64,000 nucleotides of DNA, taken from Gammaproteobacteria bacterium. Lineage in GTDB: Bacteria > Pseudomonadota > Gammaproteobacteria > Arenicellales > Poriferihabitantaceae. The DNA lies in NCBI GenBank assembly GCA_024644945.1, contig JAHEGU010000007.1, positions 35,650 through 99,649 of the forward strand, given 5' to 3'. A model generated the notes under the pieces. That model was given only the letters and a program-made list of their open reading frames with translations. It was not told the DNA's origin and ran no database searches. The position numbers and the translations under genes are program-made. Positions 20,205-27,788 of this stretch are shown piece after piece (position 1 is the stretch's first letter; each line of letters opens with the position of its first letter).

Positions 20205-20269
20205 ATAGTATAAAACTATTATTATGTTTAAAACAATCAATTAGATTAATCGGTATGGGTTGATATAAT
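20205..20269 (+). promoter_or_regulatory. Putative OxyR-binding site and sigma70 extended -10 promoter of the rubrerythrin cluster
   Basis: ATAG-N7-CTAT-N7-TTTA-N7-CAAT at 20205-20241; TGA-TATAAT at 20261-20269. Confidence 0.65.
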
Positions 20270-20321
20270 GGTGCCATGCCCTAACGGCATATTCAATAAA
20301 CGCTTAAACAGGATTTTTTCA

Positions 20322-20735
20322 ATGAGTTTAAAAGATTCAAAAACAGAACAAAACCTGAAGGACGCCTTTGCCGGCGAATCTCAGGCAAATCGTCGCTATC
20401 TCTACTTCGCTGCAAAAGCAGATATTGAGGGTTATAACGATGTGGCAGCAGTTTTTCGTTCCACTGCAGAAGGAGAGACCGGTCATGCCCACGGTCACCT
20501 AGAATATCTGGAAGAATGCGGCGATCCGGCTACCGGTCTGCCCATCGGTGCCACTTCAGATAATCTGAAAGCGGCGGTTGCCGGCGAGACCCATGAGTAC
20601 ACCGACATGTATCCAGGCATGGCTAAGACCGCCCGGGACGAAGGTTTCGATGAAATCTCTGATTGGTTTGAAACCCTCGGCAAAGCGGAACGTTCGCACG
20701 CCAATCGTTTTCAAAAAGCGCTGGACGAGATGTAA
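20322..20735 (+). CDS. Short rubrerythrin (ferritin-like diiron, no rubredoxin domain)
   Basis: [38 protein letters not shown]; no C-terminal CxxC pairs. Confidence 0.92.
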   Translation: MSLKDSKTEQNLKDAFAGESQANRRYLYFAAKADIEGYNDVAAVFRSTAEGETGHAHGHLEYLEECGDPATGLPIGATSDNLKAAVAGETHEYTDMYPGMAKTARDEGFDEISDWFETLGKAERSHANRFQKALDEM

Positions 20736-20818
20736 CAGGGCGTGGTGCCGGTCGCGCCATACGGTCGATCGGCACCAGCTGCTTTCACTTAATTCAATCC
20801 TCCCTGCATAAAGATCAC

Positions 20819-22150
20819 ATGGCACATACAGAAGGTAATCTTGAGGCTCCCACCCGGCACCCACTGGATTGGAAAAATCCAGATTTTTATAACGAGCAAT
20901 CGCTATTTGAAGAGCTTGAGCGGGTTTATGATCTCTGTCATGGCTGCAGGCGTTGCAACAGTCTATGCGCGGCCTTTCCTACTTTGTTCGATTTAGTCGA
21001 TGAGTCTCCAACCATGGAAGTGGATGGGGTTAACAAGAGCGATTATTGGAAGGTAGTCGATCACTGTTACCTGTGTGACCTTTGCTACAACACTAAATGC
21101 CCGTATACGCCTCCCCACGAATGGAATATTGATTTCCCCCATTTGATGCTGAGAGCTAAAGCAGTGCGGTTTAATGATGGAGCGGTTAAAGCAGGAGAAA
21201 AGGTGTTGGCCAATACCGACGCGGTAGGAAAACTCTCGACGATTCCAGTGGTTGTGAACGCGGTAAACTCTGCCAATAAGGTAAAGACTCTGCGCAAACT
21301 ACTGGATAAAGCGCTCGGTGTGCATCCTGAAGCCAAGCTGCCGATATACGACAGCAAGCCTCTGAGGAAACGCATGAAAGGTCACGGCGACGCTGGACAC
21401 AATGCTCAGGTGGCGGGTGAAACCACTGGCAAGGTGGCAATTTTCGCGACCTGTTTCGGTAACTATAACGAGCCCGATCTTGGAGAAGATCTGGTTAAGG
21501 TGCTGCGACATAACCAAGTCCAGGTTCGGCTGGTGGATCAGGAGCGCTGCTGCGGGATGCCTAAACTGGAGTTAGGTGATCTAGCTGCTGTAGCCGCCGC
21601 TAAGGAAGCCAACGTGCCTGCTCTTGCGACCCTGGTCGATCAGGGATGGGACATTATGGCCCCGGTTCCGTCCTGTGTTTTGATGTTTCGCCAGGAGTTG
21701 CCCCTGATGTTCCCAGGCGACCAACAGGTCGAGAAAGTTGCCAGTGCAATCTATGACCCGTTTGAATATTTAATGCTTCGTCACAAAGAAGGTGCGCTTA
21801 ATACTGAATTTAAGCAGCCGCTTGGCAAGGTTGCCTATCACGCGGCCTGTCACCAGCGGGTCCAGATGATCGGGCAAAAAACCAAACAGTGCCTGGAGCT
21901 TGTGCCTGATACGGAGGTGCACACGATAGAGCGATGCTCTGGTCACGACGGGACTTATGGCGTTAAGACCCGTTCTTATGACGCCGCGATGAAAATCGCC
22001 AAACCGGTGGTGAACCGAGTTAAACAGGCTGAAGCAGATCATTACGGCAGCGATTGTCCTATGGCAGGACGCTTTATCGAACACGGACTGGCAGACGGGT
22101 CGGTAACTGAGCACCCGGTATCGCTGCTGCGCAAGGCTTATTCAATTTAA
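20819..22150 (+). CDS. Rubrerythrin-associated Fe-S oxidoreductase (GlpC/HdrD-like; two 4Fe-4S motifs plus CCG domains)
   Basis: CHGCRRCNSLC, CYLCDLCYNTKCP, RCCGMP, YHAACHQR, RCSGHDG, SDCP. Confidence 0.88.
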   Translation: MAHTEGNLEAPTRHPLDWKNPDFYNEQSLFEELERVYDLCHGCRRCNSLCAAFPTLFDLVDESPTMEVDGVNKSDYWKVVDHCYLCDLCYNTKCPYTPPHEWNIDFPHLMLRAKAVRFNDGAVKAGEKVLANTDAVGKLSTIPVVVNAVNSANKVKTLRKLLDKALGVHPEAKLPIYDSKPLRKRMKGHGDAGHNAQVAGETTGKVAIFATCFGNYNEPDLGEDLVKVLRHNQVQVRLVDQERCCGMPKLELGDLAAVAAAKEANVPALATLVDQGWDIMAPVPSCVLMFRQELPLMFPGDQQVEKVASAIYDPFEYLMLRHKEGALNTEFKQPLGKVAYHAACHQRVQMIGQKTKQCLELVPDTEVHTIERCSGHDGTYGVKTRSYDAAMKIAKPVVNRVKQAEADHYGSDCPMAGRFIEHGLADGSVTEHPVSLLRKAYSI

Positions 22151-22180
22151 TCTTTTTCTGAAATATGAGGTAATTTAGGA

Positions 22181-22774
22181 ATGAACAAACTCCATCGTGA
22201 AGATTTGATGACCCTCGAAAAGTATGCCCAGGTGCGGCCGGATTTTCGAAAGCAGGTCATCGCGCACAAAAAGAACCGGCAAGTCGCTATCGGCCCCAAT
22301 GCGACGCTTTATTTCGAAGATCGCTTGACCATGCAATACCAGGTTCAGGAGATGCTGCGCATCGAGAAGATCTTTGAAGGCGCCGGTATCGACGAGGAGC
22401 TGGAAGCCTATAATCCACTCATTCCTGATGGCACTAACTGGAAGGCAACGTTTATGATGGAATATGAAGATGAGAATGAGCGTCGAGAACAATTGTCAAA
22501 ACTGGTTGGAGTCGAGCGAAAGATCTGGGTACGGGTCGGCAATCAAGACAAGATTTATCCGATCGCTAACGAAGACCTGGAGCGGGAAACTGAAGACAAG
22601 ACCTCAGCCGTTCATTTCCTCAGGTTTGAGTTAACCGCGCCGATGATTGAAGCAGCCAAGCAGGGCGCCGACCTGTTCATGGGCGTTGAGCACGAAAACT
22701 ATTCTCATGAAACTGGGGCGTTGTCTGAAAATATCGTTGAATCTTTAGTGACGGATCTGGCGCTCCATCATTAG
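22181..22774 (+). CDS. DUF3501 family protein
   Basis: YQVQEMLRIE, ELEAYNPLIP, KTSAVHFLRF; sits after rubrerythrin and the Fe-S oxidoreductase. Confidence 0.88.
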   Translation: MNKLHREDLMTLEKYAQVRPDFRKQVIAHKKNRQVAIGPNATLYFEDRLTMQYQVQEMLRIEKIFEGAGIDEELEAYNPLIPDGTNWKATFMMEYEDENERREQLSKLVGVERKIWVRVGNQDKIYPIANEDLERETEDKTSAVHFLRFELTAPMIEAAKQGADLFMGVEHENYSHETGALSENIVESLVTDLALHH

Positions 22775-22788
22775 CGCATGACTTCTCC

Positions 22789-23715
22789 GTGACCCTTGCC
22801 GAGCTTCGGTATATCGTTGCGGTCGCGCAGGAGCGCCACTTCGGCCGCGCTGCAAAGGCCTGTTTTGTCAGTCAACCAACGCTTAGTGTCGCGGTTAAAA
22901 AGCTCGAGCAAGAACTTAAGGTTACCCTATTTGAACGCGGTAAAACCGATGTGGTTCTGACTCCGGTCGGTAAGCAGATCGTAGATCAGGCTCAACGTAC
23001 ACTGGAAGCGGCTGGCCGCATCAGTCAGATCGCTGCGGCCGATGACAATGCGTTGTCAGAGCCGCTCAGAATTGGAGTTATCTATACCATTGGACCCTAT
23101 CTGTTACCGAATCTGATCCCTGCTCTGCGCGAGCGCACGCCAGATCTTCAGGTCATAATCGAAGAAGGATTTACCGCGGATCTGCGAGTGCGTCTTAAGC
23201 AGGGTAGTCTTGATGCCATCATTCTTGCGCGGCCTTTTACTGAACCTGGGGTCGAAATTCGATCCCTCTATCGTGAGCCGTTTGTGGTGGTGCTCCCGAG
23301 TTCCCATCCTTGGGCCACACGCAAATCTATTAAAGCCGATGAGCTTTCCAAGGAAACCGTGCTGTTACTCGGGAAAGGGCATTGCTTTCGCGACCAGGTG
23401 CTCGAAGTTTGTCCAGGTTGCCTCAGGGTAGGTGGGCAGGATGATATACAGAAAACATTGGAAGGCGGTTCGATTGAGACCATACGTCACATGGTCGCCA
23501 GCGGAGTAGGGGTCACAGTATTGCCTTGCAGTGCCGCCGGTGCGGAAGAGTACTCAAGACGTTTATTGTCAATCAAACGCTTTTCTGGTCCGACACCTGC
23601 AAGAGAAGTGATACTTTCCTGGCGCAAAGGATTCCCGAGGCTCCAGGCCATTGACGCGCTGACTGATGCGATTCGTTCCTGCAAAATGAGCTGTGTAAAA
23701 ATGCTCAAGCAGTAA
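22789..23715 (+). CDS. oxyR: Hydrogen peroxide-sensing LysR regulator
   Basis: LysR HTH (HFGRAAKACFVSQPTLS), TIGPYLLP, redox-cysteine motif GHCFRDQVLEVC. Confidence 0.88.
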   Translation: MTLAELRYIVAVAQERHFGRAAKACFVSQPTLSVAVKKLEQELKVTLFERGKTDVVLTPVGKQIVDQAQRTLEAAGRISQIAAADDNALSEPLRIGVIYTIGPYLLPNLIPALRERTPDLQVIIEEGFTADLRVRLKQGSLDAIILARPFTEPGVEIRSLYREPFVVVLPSSHPWATRKSIKADELSKETVLLLGKGHCFRDQVLEVCPGCLRVGGQDDIQKTLEGGSIETIRHMVASGVGVTVLPCSAAGAEEYSRRLLSIKRFSGPTPAREVILSWRKGFPRLQAIDALTDAIRSCKMSCVKMLKQ

Positions 23716-23786
23716 CCCAGAAGGGCACGCGATTCGCAATTTTTATGCCCTCGGTGTACGCTACCGGGTTCAAAGTTTGTTAAAAA

Positions 23787-24764
23787 ATGTTAATGGCTAC
23801 GCCAGTAAATGTTGCAGTCGTAGGAGTGGGGTACCTTGGGCGTATCCATGCCAAGATTTACCACAGCATGCCCGAAGTAAACCTGGTTGCAGTAGTAGAT
23901 ACGGATCACGCCGCAGCAGACGCAATTTCCAATGAGTACGGCTGCAGAGGCTTCGATTCGGTTGACCAGTTTCTAGATTCAGACCATGCGCGACAAATCG
24001 ATGCGGTCAGTATCGTGGTGCCGACCAGTCTACATTTGCCGGTCTCCACGCCATTTCTGCAACGGGGGGTTCATATGATGCTTGAGAAGCCCATCGCCCC
24101 GACAGTTGAAGAAAGCAGCGCCATCGTAGATCTGGCCAATAAGTTCAATATAATTCTTCAGGTGGGACATCTCGAAAGATTTAATGCGGGTGTCATGAAG
24201 CTTGCCGAACTGGCAGGAGATCCGAGATTCATCGAGGTGCATCGACTTGGAAAGTTTGTAGAACGTGCAACCGATGTGGACGTCGTGACTGATTTAATGA
24301 TTCATGACATCGATATTGTGTTGTCTCTTGTACCTTCGCCCCTTAAGAGTATTTCTGCGACTGGTACTAAAGTCATAACCGATCATGTGGACATCGCAAA
24401 TGCGCGCCTAGAATTTGCTAATGGCGCAGTGGCGAACGTGACCGCCAGCAGGGTATCGCGCAACCAATTCCGCCGGATCCGAGTATTTGCGCAGGACCAC
24501 TATCTTGGACTTAACTTCAGCGATCAACAACTGGAAGAGGTCCGGACAGTTAAAACACATGACGGCTCTGAGTTCCCGGAGTTGATCGACCGCCAAATTA
24601 AAGTGGAACCGCAGTTGCCGCTCAATGCAGAACTGGCCCATTTTATTAACTGTGTGCAGTGCGGAGAGCAACCGTTAGTGGCTGGCGAGGCTGGACTCAC
24701 CGCCGTCAAGGTCGCAGAAATGGTTAAACAGAAAATCGCAATATCAATGGAGCAATATTCATGA
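23787..24764 (+). CDS. Gfo/Idh/MocA NAD-dependent oxidoreductase (GnnA-like)
   Basis: GVGYLG, EKP, GHLERFN, DVVTDLMIHDID, NVTASRVS. Confidence 0.85.
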   Translation: MLMATPVNVAVVGVGYLGRIHAKIYHSMPEVNLVAVVDTDHAAADAISNEYGCRGFDSVDQFLDSDHARQIDAVSIVVPTSLHLPVSTPFLQRGVHMMLEKPIAPTVEESSAIVDLANKFNIILQVGHLERFNAGVMKLAELAGDPRFIEVHRLGKFVERATDVDVVTDLMIHDIDIVLSLVPSPLKSISATGTKVITDHVDIANARLEFANGAVANVTASRVSRNQFRRIRVFAQDHYLGLNFSDQQLEEVRTVKTHDGSEFPELIDRQIKVEPQLPLNAELAHFINCVQCGEQPLVAGEAGLTAVKVAEMVKQKIAISMEQYS

Positions 24765-25465
24765 CCAAAGAACTGTTTCGTGAAAACGGATACCTGAAAA
24801 GCTGCGAAGCAGAAGTTACCAGCGTACTCGATAAAGGATTTGGCGTCGATCAAACGGTGTTTTACCCTATGGGAGGCGGGCAGCCAGGCGATACGGGGAA
24901 ATTCTTATGCGCCGACGGTTTGAGTGGTGAAATCGTAGATACTTATAAAGACAGAGAAAGTGGAGTACATCTGCATGTGGTGGCGGAAGGAACAACGCTG
25001 CCGACAGTTGGCGATAAAATTATCCTCAGCATCGATTGGGAACGTCGGCACCGAATCATGCGCATGCATAGCTGTATGCATATGCTTTGTGCAGCGGTTC
25101 CCGAGCCGGTGACAGGGGGGTCGATACGTGATGGCAGCGGCCGACTTGATTTCGATATTCCGGAGCCTCCCGACAAACAGGCTATCGAAGACAAACTGAA
25201 CGAGTTGATTGCTGCGGATCTACCCATGTCGCTTAAGTGGATCACTGATGCAGAAATGGATGCTCAACCGGACCTGGTGAGAACGATGTCAGTAAAACCA
25301 CCACGAGGAAGTGGTCAGGTCAGACTGGTGGAATTTTCTGGCGCCGACCTGCAACCCTGTGGTGGCACCCATGTAGCACGAACCGGGGAGATTGGCCCGG
25401 TTCGGGTACAAAGTGTTAAAAAGAAGGGAAAACAAAATAGAAGGATAACTGTTGAGTTTGCCTGA
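24761..25465 (+). CDS. Alanyl-tRNA editing protein (free-standing AlaX)
   Basis: TVFYPMGGGQPGDTG, MRMHSCMH (HxxxH), QPCGGTH (CxxxH). Confidence 0.9.
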   Translation: MTKELFRENGYLKSCEAEVTSVLDKGFGVDQTVFYPMGGGQPGDTGKFLCADGLSGEIVDTYKDRESGVHLHVVAEGTTLPTVGDKIILSIDWERRHRIMRMHSCMHMLCAAVPEPVTGGSIRDGSGRLDFDIPEPPDKQAIEDKLNELIAADLPMSLKWITDAEMDAQPDLVRTMSVKPPRGSGQVRLVEFSGADLQPCGGTHVARTGEIGPVRVQSVKKKGKQNRRITVEFA

Positions 25466-25641
25466 ACAATGGCCTCCATCTGCACCATTGGTTTGATCAC
25501 CTGAACGAAGAAGAGAGGCTCCTTGGTATTGGCTTAGATTCATTTGATGTACTGCTTTTACATCTCTGCAGTCTGGTATTTTTTTATCAAATTTGATGGT
25601 ATACGGTAGTTTACTGCAACTATGCGATCTCCAATTCATAA

Positions 25642-26388
25642 TTATTGCTCTTCAAGTAAGTCATCGATAATTCGTTGCATATGATCATAATGGCTGCCTT
25701 TCCAGTAGATTTTTTTGCAGTCTTCACAAACACTGAATTTGTCGAACGTTTTTGACACGCTGTCTGGTAGTTCTTCAATGACCTGATCTTTAGTTATTGC
25801 ATGGATAAGACCGTTGCACGGTATACAGCGTGTAAAAGGTTTTACTGATCGATAAAGATCAAATTTAGTAAGCACTTCGCGAATCTGTAAAGCTGGCTTA
25901 TCACTGCGAATGAAATAACCGTGTGTGACTTTACTGCGTTTTAATAATCCATGATCGCGAGTAAGTAATTCGCGTTTTTTTCCGCGAACGGCGATCTCGG
26001 CCAGCTCATCGTCTTTCCAGATGTTGCTGTACAGAGTATCGAACCCGAACAGACGCAGGTAGCGGGCCAGCTTTCCAAGATGAGTATCCGAAACAAAACG
26101 AATGTGTCGCAGGGGTTCAGGCCGCAGGCGGGTTACATCTGAAATATCGAGCGCTTCGAACACAGGATATATACTGACCTGATCATCGGGCTCAGCGATG
26201 TATGAAAATTCCACCGAATGCCCGTTGACCAATATCAGATCTACTTCGGTATGCGGTACTCCGACTGATTCAATCATGTCCTTGATCGAACTCCGCGGTC
26301 GGAAGGGGACGGTGAATTTTCGTTTCTTCCTGTTTCTTGGAAGGAAATCATTCAGTGCCTCATAAAACCGAAGGTTGATATCGGACAT
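25642..26388 (-). CDS. Mut7-C ubiquitin-like plus Mut7-C RNase (PIN-like) domain protein
   Basis: RFYEALNDFL, GVPHTEVDLILVNG, DTHLGKLARYLRLFGFD, LLTRD, RCIPCNG, CEDCKKIYWKGSH. Confidence 0.9.
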   Translation of the reverse strand: MSDINLRFYEALNDFLPRNRKKRKFTVPFRPRSSIKDMIESVGVPHTEVDLILVNGHSVEFSYIAEPDDQVSIYPVFEALDISDVTRLRPEPLRHIRFVSDTHLGKLARYLRLFGFDTLYSNIWKDDELAEIAVRGKKRELLTRDHGLLKRSKVTHGYFIRSDKPALQIREVLTKFDLYRSVKPFTRCIPCNGLIHAITKDQVIEELPDSVSKTFDKFSVCEDCKKIYWKGSHYDHMQRIIDDLLEEQ

Positions 26389-26627
26389 CGCGAATAGGAA
26401 GTTAATAGTGTAGATATTGATCCAAATATACTGGTCACGGTCAATACGCTTGAAGTGGAATCAAGTATTGGATTGCCCCATGCCTTAGTGCAATTAGTCC
26501 AGGTCCGGATGTGGAGCATTTGATCCAGAATTACAACGGTTCTAAAGGGCTCGTACTTGCGTAAAGACGACTGTATTCAGCTTCAGTTCAGCCAGCAAAT
26601 CATTTAATGATCTTAATATAAACGAAC

Positions 26628-27125
26628 GTGATTTGGACTGTGGTTGATTTAACAAAACGTAGTGCGCTAAAGGTTATCTCCGTTTCGGCGGCGGTAGCCG
26701 CTGTGCCAGTATGGTCAGTCACTATGCTTATTAATAATAGGAAAGGCAGGGAAAGGCTGGACATCAGTATTCAATATCAGTCCGGAAGCAACCATGGCAC
26801 TGTAGTATTCGGAAATCCTACCGACCAGGATATTATTGTGAATGTGAAATTTGATGGTGAACTGAGTGTCCCTGGGGGCATTTTGGATGTTCGCCAGCTG
26901 ATGGCGGTAGGGTCGGTTCACATCAAACCTGGCTCAAGCAGGCGCTATCAGCTGCCGAAACTTGCGCGTACGGTCCGACCGTTTGATGGCGCCCAAGGTT
27001 ATCGCCATGCCGACCAGAGATTCCCGATATCCGATAATGTCATTATTGCAAATGCCCACGTAACCAGCGACTACAAGCGCCTCAATGGTAGCACCCCGGT
27101 TTTCTTGATCCGGTCTGTTTCGTAG
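26628..27125 (+). CDS. Hypothetical exported protein with Tat-like leader
   Basis: LTKRSALKVISVSAAVAAVP leader; beta-rich body; fills the gap; start uncertain. Confidence 0.5.
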   Translation: MIWTVVDLTKRSALKVISVSAAVAAVPVWSVTMLINNRKGRERLDISIQYQSGSNHGTVVFGNPTDQDIIVNVKFDGELSVPGGILDVRQLMAVGSVHIKPGSSRRYQLPKLARTVRPFDGAQGYRHADQRFPISDNVIIANAHVTSDYKRLNGSTPVFLIRSVS

Positions 27126-27173
27126 TTTTTTGTTTTTCTCAGAAAAGTCTGGGTATTTTGACGTTTTTCAGGT

Positions 27174-27785
27174 TCAAATCCGGTTGCTTTGACGCTGTTT
27201 TAATGTATCTTCGATCGCAGCCAATTGTTCCGGCGTATTAATGTTTGTGAACATCTGTTCTTGATCCCTAAATTCGACGATGGAATAGGGGTGCTGCGCA
27301 TACCATCTATCAATCTTGCGTTCGCCGCTTTTGAGGAAAGTGTGCATGCTCGGCAGCAACTGTAAATGCATCAGAGCGTATACCGGTTGTATCCGATCAG
27401 CATCGGCGGCAACAACAAGCTTTACAGACTGCTCCTCGGCGGCCTGCATCATCCTGATAGCGTAATTTCCTGCGACAAAGGGACTATCACAAGGCACGGT
27501 CAGTAGCCACTCGTTATCGATTTTCGCGAGCGCGGCTGCCATGCCTGCCAGTGGTCCCTGGTAGTTTGAAAGAGAATCCGTGAAAACCGAATATCCGAGC
27601 TTGCCATACTGATCCAGGTTACGATTGGCATTGATCAGGATCTCTGACACTTGTTCGGAAAGTTGGGAGGCTATTCGAGCTACAATGGTTTTTCCGGCAA
27701 CCTCTATTAGTCCTTTGTCCTGACCACCCATCCGGGTCGCGCGACCTCCCGCTAGAACTACCGCTGTAACATTGTCGGCTTTCAT
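27174..27785 (-). CDS. mobA: Molybdenum cofactor guanylyltransferase
   Basis: LAGGRATRMGGQDKGL, GPLAG, VPCDSP, NINTP. Confidence 0.93.
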   Translation of the reverse strand: MKADNVTAVVLAGGRATRMGGQDKGLIEVAGKTIVARIASQLSEQVSEILINANRNLDQYGKLGYSVFTDSLSNYQGPLAGMAAALAKIDNEWLLTVPCDSPFVAGNYAIRMMQAAEEQSVKLVVAADADRIQPVYALMHLQLLPSMHTFLKSGERKIDRWYAQHPYSIVEFRDQEQMFTNINTPEQLAAIEDTLKQRQSNRI

Positions 27786-27788
27786 CGT

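Noticed and set aside
25289-25639. 116-aa ORF starting just after the Mut7-C stop
   Set aside because: Runs antisense into AlaX and has no family features
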